Source: Mytilus californianus
Lineage: Eukaryota
Assembly: GCF_021869535.1 (NCBI RefSeq)
Contig: NW_026262712.1
Span: 50,902,001 to 50,966,000 of the forward strand
DNA length: 64,000 nucleotides
Direction of reading: 5' to 3'
In this document: positions 48,212 through 60,640 of the stretch, piece after piece
Layout of the letters: each line of letters opens with the position of its first letter
How positions within the stretch are numbered: the first letter of the stretch is position 1
Translations under genes and position numbers: made by a program
The notes under the pieces: generated by a model
What the model was told of the DNA's origin: nothing
What the model saw: only the letters and a program-made list of their open reading frames with translations
Database searches by the model: none

Positions 48212-50499
48212 TTTATTTGTTATATATAATTTCACATTTTTCTAATGCATTGTTTGCTGAAGAAAGATATACGCTAATCGATTCCTTGTGTTATAGTTTA
48301 CTTTACTGGATGTAATGACAAATGCCAGTGATTCTGAATAAACAGTAAATAATAGTGATGAATAATAGTATAATAGCTCGATTAACAATATTGTAGAATG
48401 AAGGATTATAGAATGATGTTCCACTTGCTGTGTTTTTCCTCAATGCATCACGGTTAAAATGGGCTATCTGTAAACTTCGAAAAATATCACAGCGGCTGTC
48501 GATGGCGAATGTGAAATAAAACCGCCTTTTCAATCAGAAAATAATCCAGATGCATTGCTCTTTTTAAATTGTATTTCATGTAAAAGAAACTTTTAAAAAT
48601 CCTCACAAGTTCATATTAGTATTGAATCAATGCGAAAAATGTAAATAAAGAATTTTTAAACTCTCTCGTGTTTTCATACAAGTACTCCGTTCCTATATCA
48701 AAGAAAAACTGAGTTCAATAGTCTTGTAAGCTTCCGAGAGTTACCGAGGGCAAAGCGTAATATCTACATCATAATTTACTATTAGAAAGTTGCATAACCT
48801 AACATTATGAGAAATCACAGTATCATTGTCGGAAAGTAATGGCCATACTTTTAATCTGATGATAGTCTGAGTACAAGAGAGGAAAATGTCAATTGTGATG
48901 AGGGCCATTAACTAATATTACACAGTATTATTTCTGACATATCATAAGTTGAAAACGTATATCTATCATAAAATAATTCAAACATACTATTATTAAAACT
49001 ACAAACGAGACGCCCTTTCACTTGAGTGTCTTCCTCTAGGGTGTTCGGTATAAAGTTTGAAAAATATCAATTAGAAGTGTCCATTTCCGTTCAAAGTTCT
49101 TGATTTAAGATAAATATCTTTGTATCTTCCAATAAAACGGATGTTTAATTGAATACTCTTAACCACATGAACCGTGAATTTGTATGGGAAATAATAATAA
49201 GAGGTGACAAAAGTCTCGTTTGAATTACTGTCTAAAAATCTAAATTATGATACATTCGATACTTCAGCGTGTCCGGTTCCATCACAGACTCTCATGCATT
49301 TCCGATTTCTAGATTATGTCAATTAATCGTTTTACCCCTATAAACCAAACTGAAAATATATAGCGAATATATATAATTATATGCTGTAACTTTTATTTAA
49401 TAATAAAGAAAGGACTCAAAACCTTGAGGGTATCTTCGCCATGTAAGCTTACTTATATTGTCAACAAAATTACTATTGTTGATAGAAAATACAATTTACG
49501 CGTCATTTAATGATGTGTTTATTAGAATACTATATGAAGATGGTAAGATAGACAGAATCATAGGTGAAGAAACGGGGTTAACATTTCATGTTACTCTGAC
49601 AGCTCAAGATCATGCATAATTGTATAAGCTTTGCAGTACGTCAGTTTTTACGATTCATGTTTGAAAAACGGATGCATTGTTAACATCATGACATAATAAA
49701 GTCATAAGCGCCTAAACATATACTTTTGAAAGGATCTAGGAGGTGGTCATCAAAAGTTGAGGGATAAAGTTTTGTGTTTGTCGACGTTTATTCTTACAAT
49801 CAAGAGGTTGCACTGATTTTACTGTATGAATTAATGCCACATTAAGTTTTACAAAATTGCGATTGCCATGGCGCCTTTGAATGAAGTCAAATGTGACAAA
49901 AGATTTTTTTCCTCTAAAAATATGAATACTCTTGGCCACTGTCGTGAATTGCTGAAATTTTTTAAGCGTAAATTTTTCACAAGACAACTGGTTACTATTT
50001 TTACGTTTTGAAATGCAAAAGTTCTGTCGGATTCTAGCTCCTTCCACCTGTTTTGAAACCCAATTAAAAACAACTCAATTGTTTTAACTCTGTAACTCTT
50101 AACTATTTCTTCACAAACAGAAGCATAAAGTTTTGATGCAGAAGGAAACGGTATTACATTTATACGTTAAGCTTCAATTAGATTAGACAGTAATTTTGCA
50201 ATGGATGAAATCCAATTTTCATCAACCATTCTTACTAAAGCCTGGCAAATTTGGCCCGACTAACAAAGGAAGCTGTCTTTTTTCATAAAAAGGTGTATGT
50301 CATCAGACAAAGATTACGATACCACAGTTTTAGCTTGTCAGATCGACCTTATTTTATTCTTATAGGTGGCGATGTGAGAGACATGTGTCCTCTTTAATTA
50401 GATATGTGCATTAAAACCCAGCTAAATTCACTTGTGCTACGAATAGTCGTATTAATTTTTCGTTTTATTTCCCTCAAGACAAAAAAAGTGCCTTGAATT

Positions 50500-50700
50500 T
50501 TCCCATTATTAACTTTCCGTTGGCATGTAGCAACATTTCAGCAGCATCTGCATATCAAGATCTTCCTATCATCGGCAGGAATTTACTTTATAAATGGTTG
50601 CTGGTTACAATGAAGCTACTGAACAATAGGTTTTTGAGGTAAAATCGAAGACATCTCGAAAGCTTTACCGACGACATCTTGGCAGACAGGCTTGCTTGAC
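50500..50700 (+). mobile_element. Degenerate Penelope-like RT C-terminal relic
   Basis: Reads PIINFPLACSNISAASAY ... LLVTMKLLN, the same motif family as 720-930. Confidence 0.55.
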
Positions 50701-51929
50701 TTTTATGATATATATGTGCTAGATGACAAACGATGTTTGTTTTCATATAATCACAATCCCGTTCCCCTTCTTCGTTTATGAATTGTCGCCTAATCTACTT
50801 TGTATTTTCTTACTTGACAAAAGCAAGTGATACTAGAAAAGCATGGTACATTTTCCAGAATCTACCAATCTGATTGAAAGTAAGATCCATCACAACTCGC
50901 GTGCTCGTATTATAAGAAGATAACGAAACCAGAGATTTATATTTTTTTTAGATTGTAGTCACATCTAAATTGGTTGGAGTACAAATACCAATGAAAACAT
51001 GCTGTATGATTAAGGAACAATTTAAGATTCTAACAGATGAAAAATCAATTTGATTGATCCACAATAATGCATAAACACTTTGGTTCAAGTTAACATAAAA
51101 GGCCCTTTCTGATGTATTGCCATATTGAGAGTTGTCTAAACTTGTATGAAGCTGCACTTTATACGTCAGTATCTAATAGGGAGTAGGCTAAGATTGCCTA
51201 CTATCAGTCCTGAAAGAACTGATCAAAAGTCGTTGACCTCAAAGTTAATACTTTTGTTAATAAGATGGCCAAAGTACTAGTAACCCGAATTATCAGCTAA
51301 CACAAATATAAAATTAAGAAGATGTGGTACGATTGCCAAAGAGACATCTCTCCACCAGAGACCAAATGCCATAGAAGTAAGTGTGATACATGGATAATAA
51401 CAATTTTTTTTAAGGTGGGTATGATGTAAAAAATATCAAAACAGTACATGCAGATGTGTCATCAATATTCAAGAGAGATGCAGATGAATTTGGTCACTTT
51501 TTCATTCGTTGGAATTGAATGAATTCAAATATTACCCAAAACAATAAAAAAATAACTTCTCCCAACAAAGTTGATATTTTTATGAGTTACATTTGTATGT
51601 GTGTATTTACATGTAGCAATAAAAGCGCTGTTCCTTTGCTTTTTGTGTGTTTTTTTGCTGTACTGATTTTGTGTCATGGATGGATACCCCATATCCTTTG
51701 TTTTTCTATTATATATATTTAAAAGTGTCTCCTAATTTGAGCAATAAACATCCATGAACTTCTGTTGACAAAATGGTTGATCATTTCAGGCTATCGTTTG
51801 GGCAATGATCATTTTAACTTCAATTTCAAATAAGCACTATATTTTTATTATTCAAGACAAAGTCATATACACAAATCAACATCTTACATATACATACACT
51901 AGCACTATAATGTTAACGAAAACACAAGC

Positions 51930-53627
51930 TTAGAAATAATAGTTCTGCTCACTAAACATTGCAAACTCTGTGAAATTAGTGGACTGAGGACGAAATCTTT
52001 TCCTTGACTGGTCTCTTTGTTCTTGAACCAGCTGTACATGTGGTGCATATTCTGGGAATTTTTCGAGGAAATAGTTTGGTACTTGACGCTTTCTATTATT
52101 TGCTCTGCTCCTCTTGTTGGCAAACCACGACTTGACCTGAGGTACTGTTATTCCTGTTGTAATGGCTAGCATTTCTTTTTCTTTCTCTGATGGGTATGGA
52201 TTAGTGATGTGTTGCTGGTACCAACCATTCAAGGTTTCTCTGGATTTACCGTCAAGTTGGCTGTACGTATTACCATTATCCGTGTCTTTCTTCTTTCCGG
52301 TTAGCTTATTCTTAATCGGGTGTTTGTTTCCAGTGATGGATAGAGTATTAAAGCAACGAACTCTTTTGTTTGCCATCCATTTCTTCACCTGTTTGGTATA
52401 AAGGTTTGTAATGTTTGCTAGTTCTTCTACTTCTTTATCGTTTGGGTAGGGATACGTCACGTGAGCATCATACCATTCTGTCAGTATCCGTGTAGCTTCT
52501 GGTTTAATCTGGCGTGGCCTTGACAAACATCTATCAGTGTTCGGTTTCTTCGGTTGTTGGTCAGATGTAAGGCGACTTTCTTCTTCAAATTTGCGCTTTA
52601 GTGATAGTCGTCTTGGCGAATTAGTTCTCTGGTCAGTATTTGGTGGTGATACCTGCTTGCATTGCATGTAATCCTGTCGAGGTAAATCGAATGATTCCAA
52701 TACATTTGAAATATGTACTGAAGTGGTTGCACCAAACTGCTGATACAAGTCTGTACTTTCAGGGAGAACATCGGCAGCTTCCATAGCTAAGCTGAGTACG
52801 TCTATGTCCTGAATGGGTAAAGTCGAATCACTTGATGAAAAACTGGTAGATGCTGATTCATATGAAGCACTAGAGTTGATAGTTCTTTTTGCAGTTTGTT
52901 TGTGTTGTTTTGTTGTGGTTTCTAGTAACACAAGTTCTTCAAGATTACGTTTGGTGTCTTCTATCAGCTGAAATCGACAATGGTCAAATCTGTCATGAAT
53001 AAAATGAGAGTGTTCTTGTGTGGAGCTGACTTCTATATATCTGGCAACTTCCATTGTGCTTACCTCTTTGGAATATCTACATTCAATGTCTCGAGCTTTT
53101 GTCACAACTTGACAGTTCTGTTGAGATCTGAGTTGTAGGAATCTCTTCTGAAGATTTAGGTGAGCAGAATGAATATTTGAACTTCGACCAACAGCACTGT
53201 TCTTAGAATCCCACTTGACATTCATTAAGTTTGTTGGTACCTGCATATGAAGACATTCTTCTGCTAACAACTTTGACAAGTCTTTAAACATTGAGTTTTG
53301 TTGCAAGTTTTGTAAATAATTTTCTTTATTATTGTACAACGGTTTCAATTGCTGTCCATCAGTGAGTAGTCGTCTGCGAGTCTGTTTGCTGCTGATGTTG
53401 TTTCCATGGAAGCAGGTGAAAGGTTGTGCTGTAACAAGGGGATCATTTGGTTTCCTGTTGAAGATGGATATTCCTGTTACCGGTGACATGCTATTGAGTT
53501 TGTTTTCAGATAACAACAGTAGAGACGGTGACAGAAACTGGAGAAAATCTGGCGTGGAAATCTCTGATTGGTCGTGGCTACGATCCTCTCCAAACTGGAA
53601 CACGTGGTTCTTGTATGGGGTCTCCAT
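51930..53627 (-). CDS. TALE-class homeobox protein with two homeodomains (565 aa, intronless ORF), likely a spiralian-specific TALE/SPILE-type gene
   Basis: HD1 RPRQIKPEATRILTEWYDAHVTYPYP...QVKKWMANKRVR (~52345-52520) and HD2 ...LNGWYQQHITNPYP...QVKSWFANKRSR (~52100-52270). Both have the three-amino-acid loop extension with PYP and Ala at position 50. Confidence 0.93.
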   Translation of the reverse strand: METPYKNHVFQFGEDRSHDQSEISTPDFLQFLSPSLLLLSENKLNSMSPVTGISIFNRKPNDPLVTAQPFTCFHGNNISSKQTRRRLLTDGQQLKPLYNNKENYLQNLQQNSMFKDLSKLLAEECLHMQVPTNLMNVKWDSKNSAVGRSSNIHSAHLNLQKRFLQLRSQQNCQVVTKARDIECRYSKEVSTMEVARYIEVSSTQEHSHFIHDRFDHCRFQLIEDTKRNLEELVLLETTTKQHKQTAKRTINSSASYESASTSFSSSDSTLPIQDIDVLSLAMEAADVLPESTDLYQQFGATTSVHISNVLESFDLPRQDYMQCKQVSPPNTDQRTNSPRRLSLKRKFEEESRLTSDQQPKKPNTDRCLSRPRQIKPEATRILTEWYDAHVTYPYPNDKEVEELANITNLYTKQVKKWMANKRVRCFNTLSITGNKHPIKNKLTGKKKDTDNGNTYSQLDGKSRETLNGWYQQHITNPYPSEKEKEMLAITTGITVPQVKSWFANKRSRANNRKRQVPNYFLEKFPEYAPHVQLVQEQRDQSRKRFRPQSTNFTEFAMFSEQNYYF

Positions 53628-53861
53628 ATCAATGCTGCTAACTGTATATCTTTTTTAGTTTAAAGAATATTTCTATATATTGCAATGTTGAGATTATGAT
53701 TTAAACTGTAACCTTAAGCATAATATATAGTTTATTTTGTAAAGTGACGTGAGTCTCATTCTCAAAATGAGTATGTATACATGTAAGCAAGGTATACAAT
53801 TATATGTTATGATAGCAGAGTTAATTGAGTTACACAAAATAAGAACCTCATAGTTATTGTT

Positions 53862-56800
53862 ACTAACATAATATTAATCAAGTCCTAATGCAAGGTTACC
53901 TCAATTGTCTAAGTATTGCATACGGGCTTGATTAAAGTAATTACATTTAATTTTCTTTAATTTAGGTGTGCATGGAATGATTCACTCTCCACAAACCTTA
54001 AGTGTTAAAATTATCAAAATATGGATATTTCTCCTTGTTTGTATAAATTTAGAAGAAAATTTCATAACACATATACAATTTTACTTGTCATTTGTTTCAA
54101 ATGGTGTCTTACTGGAATGCCTTCATTTTGTAAAATATCTATTCCTCGAATTGTGGCATTGAATAAATGTTGTTTTAGTGAATGGGTGTTGTTTTAAAAC
54201 AGAATTTAATTAGAAGCTAAAAGGTAAAAATTATATTGCACCTTAGAAATATCACAAAAGATTTAATTGAAATGCATGGAATGGATTAAAAGTAATATAG
54301 TATGAAATCTTAAAATAAAAAAAGAAATAAATAAATAAAAGAAATAAGATGCATTTATAGATGTTTTTAAAATTACCGAAATGAACTGTTATTTAAAAAA
54401 AAGTATTCTTTGTGAGATGTGACCATTCATGGTGTAAATTTTAAGTATATGTGTTCTTAATTTATGTGTGATTGTGAAATGTGCTTTGATATTTTGGTTC
54501 TTTTTGTTCTTTATGTGTTTGTGTTACATGATTATTGGGGAAGAAATCTGTTTGCGCCAAATATGCATCATTTTGTGCCACAAGGTTTAAGAATACCCAG
54601 TATCATTTGCGCCAAAAATGTAGTATAAAACCATTTCGTAGATACAATTTTAGTTTTGATTATACATTATACAACTGAAAGATGATTTTTATTATAGAGA
54701 AAAAAAAACCCGCTAAAAACGAGATGAAAGCAAGTGATGACACCATTTGAATGTCCCATCACCAAATACGTCTTCAAGTTATGTATCCCAACAGAAAAAT
54801 TTCAAAAAATCTCAAAATTATCAATTATAATCATTCTAAAAAAAAATCTTCTGTATGCAACAATGACTCCAATTTATTCCATAAAGTATTATATCTTATG
54901 CAGATGTTCTATAATGTGTTATAGACAAAGATATCTATTGGGTAAATGATTGATTGTTGGTTGCTTAACGTCCAGTGGCAAATATTGCATGCATGTTTAG
55001 GACGAGAACAAATTAATGATACATAAAAGAGGTAAGTCCTGTAATAGGCGTTGTCCAGGACGAAGGGCGGGAATTTTGGAATGTAACTGGAAAATGAGGG
55101 TAAATTGGATAGGAACTGAAATGTTGCCCTGCAAAAAGTCACCAACCCCTCAAAGAGTTGTTGCAAAAGTTCTTAACGTGCAGGGAGCGTGGCACTCTTT
55201 CTCGCTACAAAATGCAAGTCATCAGTCAGATTTAACGGCGTACCCATTCTGAACGGATGTGGCTGCAAATTTCAACTTCCCATACAACCAAACCACGCCC
55301 CACTTTTGCAAGTGTTTGTCTGCCAGTCGGGAGAAGACCAGGAGTGACCATGCATATTTCTATTCTATTCTCCAGTGTGGTCTACTTATTCTTATTATCT
55401 TTAATATGCTTTCACTGAGCTGTCAACAAAAGCTAGACGTTTTTTTCATCATTTTTTCAACAACAACAAAAAAGATTTTCTCTTTTAAAACAAACAGAGA
55501 TAAAATTATTTCATTGCAAACAGAAAAATGGTAATATTACCTTGGAAATTTTATTGGAAGACTGTCAATAATATATTATGTCACAGCTTGGGCTATGTTA
55601 GGTTATAGACATAGTTCCAGTAATTCAGACAGTAACATGTCGGTATTTTATTACTAGTTTAAAAAGAGCAAGTTTCATTTTTTCAAGTTACATTGTACCT
55701 GGGACTTTTATACTATAATTAGTATAGTAGTCCTAGATTGTACATCAAACGTTTCTCAGTATAGCCTGAAGTCCATTACTAGTCTAGTAATGGACTTCTG
55801 ATATAACATAATAATAATAATAATAATAATAATATTTTATTCAATGCACTCACTTGGCACTTGAAAAATTAAAAAATTGATTCAATAATCAAGGATTTGT
55901 TTACAAATCCTTGCTCTCACTATAAAAATCTAAGTGAAAAAGATATTATTATGTTCAAACGTTTTCAGTATGGATTTTTTTTAATGACGCCAATACGGAA
56001 TTTTTCAAGCTCAGCGAATCCGATTTGTGGTTTATTACAAAGACTAACATAATATTAATCAAGTCCTAATGCAAGGTTACCTCAATTGTCTAAGTATTGC
56101 ATACGGGCTTGATTAAAGTAATTACATTTAATTTTCTTTAATTTAGGTGTGCATGGAATGATTCACTCTCCACAAACCTTAAGTGTTAAAATTATCAAAA
56201 TATGGATATTTCTCCTTGTTTGTATAAATTTAGAAGAAAATTTCATAACACATATACAATTTTACTTGTCATTTGTTTCAAATGGTGTCTTACTGGAATG
56301 CCTTCATTTTGTAAAATATCTATTCCTCGAATTGTGGCATTGAATAAATGTTGTTTTAGTGAATGGGTGTTGTTTTAAAACAGAATTTAATTAGAAGCTA
56401 AAAGGTAAAAATTATATTGCACCTTAGAAATATCACAAAAGATTTAATTGAAATGCATGGAATGGATTAAAAGTAATATAGTATGAAATCTTAAAATAAA
56501 AAAAGAAATAAATAAATAAAAGAAATAAGATGCATTTATAGATGTTTTTAAAATTACCGAAATGAACTGTTATTTAAAAAAAAGTATTCTTTGTGAGATG
56601 TGACCATTCATGGTGTAAATTTTAAGTATATGTGTTCTTAATTTATGTGTGATTGTGAAATGTGCTTTGATATTTTGGTTCTTTTTGTTCTTTATGTGTT
56701 TGTGTTACATGATTATTGGGGAAGAAATCTGTTTGCGCCAAATATGCATCATTTTGTGCCACAAGGTTTAAGAATACCCAGTATCATTTGCGCCAAAAAT

Positions 56801-58223
56801 GTAGTATAAAACCATTTCGTAGATACAATTTTAGTTTTGATTATACATTATACAACTGAAAGATGATTTTTATTATAGGGAAAAAAAAACCCGCTAAAAA
56901 CGAGATGAAAGCAAGTGATGACACCATTTGAATGTCCCATCACCAAATACGTCTTCAAGTTATGTATCCCAACAGAAAAATTTCAAAAAATCTCAAAATT
57001 ATCAATTATAATCATTCTAAAAAAAAATCTTCTGTATGCAACAATGACTCCAATTTATTCCATAAAGTATTATATCTTATGCAGATGTTCTATAATGTGT
57101 TATAGACAAAGATATCTATTGGGTAAATGATTAATTGTTGGTTGCTTAACGTCCAGTGGCAAATATTGCATGCATGTTTAGGACGAGAACAAATTAATGA
57201 TACATAAAAGAGGTAAGTCCTGTAATAGGCGTTGTCCAGGACGAAGGGCGGGAATTTTGGAATGTAACTGGAAAATGAGGGTAAATTGGATAGGAACTGA
57301 AATGTTGCCCTGCAAAAAGTCACCAACCCCTCAAAGAGTTGTTGCAAAAGTTCTTAACGTGCAGGGAGCGTGGCACTCTTTCTCGCTACAAAATGCAAGT
57401 CATCAGTCAGATTTAACGGCGTACCCATTCTGAACGGATGTGGCTGCAAATTTCAACTTCCCATACAACCAAACCACGCCCCACTTTTGCAAGTGTTTGT
57501 CTGCCAGTCGGGAGAAGACCAGGAGTGACCATGCATATTTCTATTCTATTCTCCAGTGTGGTCTACTTATTCTTATTATCTTTAATATGCTTTCACTGAG
57601 CTGTCAACAAAAGCTAGACGTTTTTTTCATCATTTTTTCAACAACAACAAAAAAGATTTTCTCTTTTAAAACAAACAGAGATAAAATTATTTCATTGCAA
57701 ACAGAAAAATGGTAATATTACCTTGGAAATTTTATTGGAAGACTGTCAATAATATATTATGTCACAGCTTGGGCTATGTTAGGTTATAGACATAGTTCCA
57801 GTAATTCAGACAGTAACATGTCGGTATTTTATTACTAGTTTAAAAAGAGCAAGTTTCATTTTTTCAAGTTACATTGTACCTGGGACTTTTATACTATAAT
57901 TAGTATAGTAGTCCTAGATTGTACATCAAACGTTTCTCAGTATAGCCTGAAGTCCATTACTAGTCTAGTAATGGACTTCTGATATAACATAATAATAATA
58001 ATAATAATAATAATATTTTATTCAATGCACTCACTTGGCACTTGAAAAATTAAAAAATTGATTCAATAATCAAGGATTTGTTTACAAATCCTTGCTCTCA
58101 CTATAAAAATCTAAGTGAAAAAGATATTATTATGTTCAAACGTTTTCAGTATGGATTTTTTTTAATGACGCCAATACGGAATTTTTCAAGCTCAGCGAAT
58201 CCGATTTGTGGTTTATTACAAAG
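53862..58223 (+). repeat. Head-to-tail tandem duplication of 2,181 bp (53862..56042 / 56043..58223)
   Basis: ORF-track pairs are offset by exactly 2181. I saw only two substitutions (A/G near 54709/56880; G/A near 54952/57133). The junction has a 3-bp microhomology, ACT. Confidence 0.97.
54947..55352 (-). mobile_element. SINE-like element (duplicated at 57128..57533; 3' fragment at ~45585..45645 on +)
   Basis: Reverse complement has a TGCACGTTAAGAAC core and ends GCCACTGGACGTTAAGCAACCAACAATCAATCA, with a (CAAT)n tail. Confidence 0.55.
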
Positions 58224-58284
58224 ACTTCCGGTTTAAGTTGTAAACAAAAGAAAGAATACAATATGTAAAAATTTTGGTCGAAAA
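58224..58284 (+). promoter_or_regulatory. Candidate promoter / first non-coding exon of the BTB gene
   Basis: ETS-type motif ACTTCCGG at 58224-58231 and an AAAA|GTAAGC donor at 58285. No transcript evidence. Confidence 0.4.
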
Positions 58285-59229
58285 GTAAGCAAATGCATCA
58301 TCATTTTATGTTCTAAATAAGAAAAATGTATAAATATACTAATTTTGATTAGCATTATCGGTTTGTTCGAGCTGGCAGTTAGCCAATGATCTGAACTAAC
58401 CGTGTATACTTGTACTACTAATACCAGAGAAAGGAACCTCTTGCCACTGCCAGCTTTTAGTGACCATCTCTAAAAACAATACCACAGACTTTCTCAATTA
58501 CAGCCACTACGGCGTTAACACACAATAATAACTGATCAGTTAAAACAAAACATAAACTAAAACAATGTAAATACATTATTATGTCCTATTTGGTGATTGT
58601 CTTGCCTCTTGGTAAAATTTACATCTAAATGTTGAACTGTCAATTTTAACCAACAGGAGAGTTGTTGTTTCAATGTAGAGATTGAAAAAGTCGTATCATT
58701 TGACATTTTTCTGTGCACATGCCTAGGTTTTTACACAGGCGATTTAAGCAAATGTTATGTTTTATTTAGATTTCCACCTAAAAAAGTTGACCGTGCAGTT
58801 CTAGTTTGACTTCCTTACCCTGATAAAAATCTACCGTAAGTTGACATCATCCATATGTTGATGTTTTCATGCAGACGATGTTCTACTGATCCCAACACTG
58901 CATAGGTTTCTGACGTTTTCACATAAAGTTTATGTGTAAAAAGAAATCAGAAATGGTAAAAGAGACTATTCCGAACTAAAGTATACTCGATGACTCTAAT
59001 ATGTGCAAGTAACAGAAAATTTAGAAGTTACACAGAAAACTGTATAAAGCAAATAAAAAAAAAGTTAAATGAGAAAAGAATAAATAATACAAGAAAAAGG
59101 GGGTTACCATTTGCTTTTCATTCAATCCAGCTTCAGTGACAGAACCAGGGAAATAAACCCTGGTGGCACAGTTCATCCCTTGAAAATACCAGGAAAATGG
59201 AAGCACTTAATAGAGGAGCAAGAATGTGT

Positions 59230-59460
59230 TGAATCTCATAGGAACTAAAGAAAATGCCTCATATTCTGTAATTTCTGTTGCTGGTAAGGAGTTCAAAGCT
59301 CTCACTGTACTTTGGAAGAAGTGGTACTTAAAGCCATTGTTCTTTGTTAAATATTGTCCTTGCAGTTTGGTATGTGCTGTCATTGGTGTAAAGTTTTGTC
59401 ACGTACATGGTCTAGAGTATAATTCTTGGAACCAGACTTGGTGAAAACATGGTATTTTCC
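59230..59460 (-). mobile_element. LINE ORF2 extreme C-terminal relic
   Basis: Reads NNGFKYHFFQSTVRALNSLP, matching the FKYSFFPRT...WNSLP end motif of L2/CR1/RTE-type LINEs. Confidence 0.5.
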
Positions 59461-59633
59461 TGATTGCTATTAAAAAAAAGAATTAAAAAGATAAGTCCCA
59501 ACCTCTATATTTAAGCATGCATATTAATTTTTATGGCATAATGCAAATGTTTACAATGCAACAGTTTTTTTTTTTATGAATTGATAAGTTAAAAATTATT
59601 TTGATTGTTACTTGTTAATTTTTTAGATCAAAG

Positions 59634-59762
59634 ATGATCACATATCAGAAGGTGTACACAGATCATGTACATTCCAGTACATTGATGAGCCAGTTTACAC
59701 AGCTCTGGAGAAATCGTTTAATGTGTGATGCTGATCTTGTTGCTGGAAATACTGTTATAAAG
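59634..59762 (+). CDS. BTB/POZ-domain gene, first coding exon
   Basis: TTTTTTAG acceptor at 59626, ATG at 59634: MITYQKVYTDHVHSSTLMSQFTQLWRNRLMCDADLVAGNTVIK|GTATCA, phase 0. Confidence 0.85.
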
Positions 59763-59918
59763 GTATCAGGGAATTAAAGGAAATATTGAATATACATCAT
59801 TGACACAGCATAATAACAAATACAAACAAGCTAAATCATCTGCATATAATTTTTTTCTTGATACATGTAAAAGCACTTCAGAGTGTCATTTGGGTAGTAT
59901 TTTCAACAAATTAATATG

Positions 59919-60640
59919 TTTTTTATGCCCCCGCCGTAGCGTACGTCCGAAAGTTGGTTTCTATCTCTAACTTTAGATTGCCTCAACCAAATGTTATGAA
60001 ACTTATACACAATGCTTATTACCACAAAATACAGATAAAATTTAAATTTTGGGGGTGTCACTTTTATTGTTCTAGAGTTATGCCCCTTTACAAATGGAAA
60101 AATTGCTGAATTTTTCGTTTCCGTTCTCTATCTTAAGTTTTCCTCAACCAAATGCTATGAAACTTATACACAATGCTTATTACCACAAAATACAAATCAA
60201 GTCAGAATTTTGGTGGTGACACTTTAACCATTCTAGAGTTATACCCCTTTACAAATGGAAAAATTGCTGAATTTTTTCGTTTCCTTTCTTACTTAAGTTA
60301 GCCTCAACCAAATGTTATGAAACTTATACACAATGCTTATTTCAACAAAATAAAGATCAAGTCTGAATTTTTGGTGGTGTCACTTTTACTGTTGTAGAGT
60401 TATGCCCCTTTACAAATGGAAAAAAATACTGAATTTTTTGTTTCCATTCTCTTACTTAAGTTTGCCTCAACCAAATGTTATGAAACTTATACACAATACC
60501 TATTACCACAAACTCAGATCAAGTAAAAATTTGGGTAGAGTCACTTTTACCATTCTTCAGTTATGTCCCTTAATAACTTTATATAATATGCAAGCAGGGG
60601 CATCATCTGTGTTTCTATGGACACATTCCCCATTTATTTT
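59919..60640 (+). mobile_element. HINE/Helentron-like element with ~4 central ~160-bp repeats
   Basis: 5' TTTTTATGCCCCC; CCTCAACCAAATG anchors at ~59981, 60142, 60302 and 60465; 3' GGGGCAT inverted repeat + TGTGT..ACACA hairpin. Confidence 0.8.

Noticed and set aside
53968-57715. Pairs of identical short ORFs
   Set aside because: They reflect the 2,181-bp duplication and SINE sequence; no domain signal.
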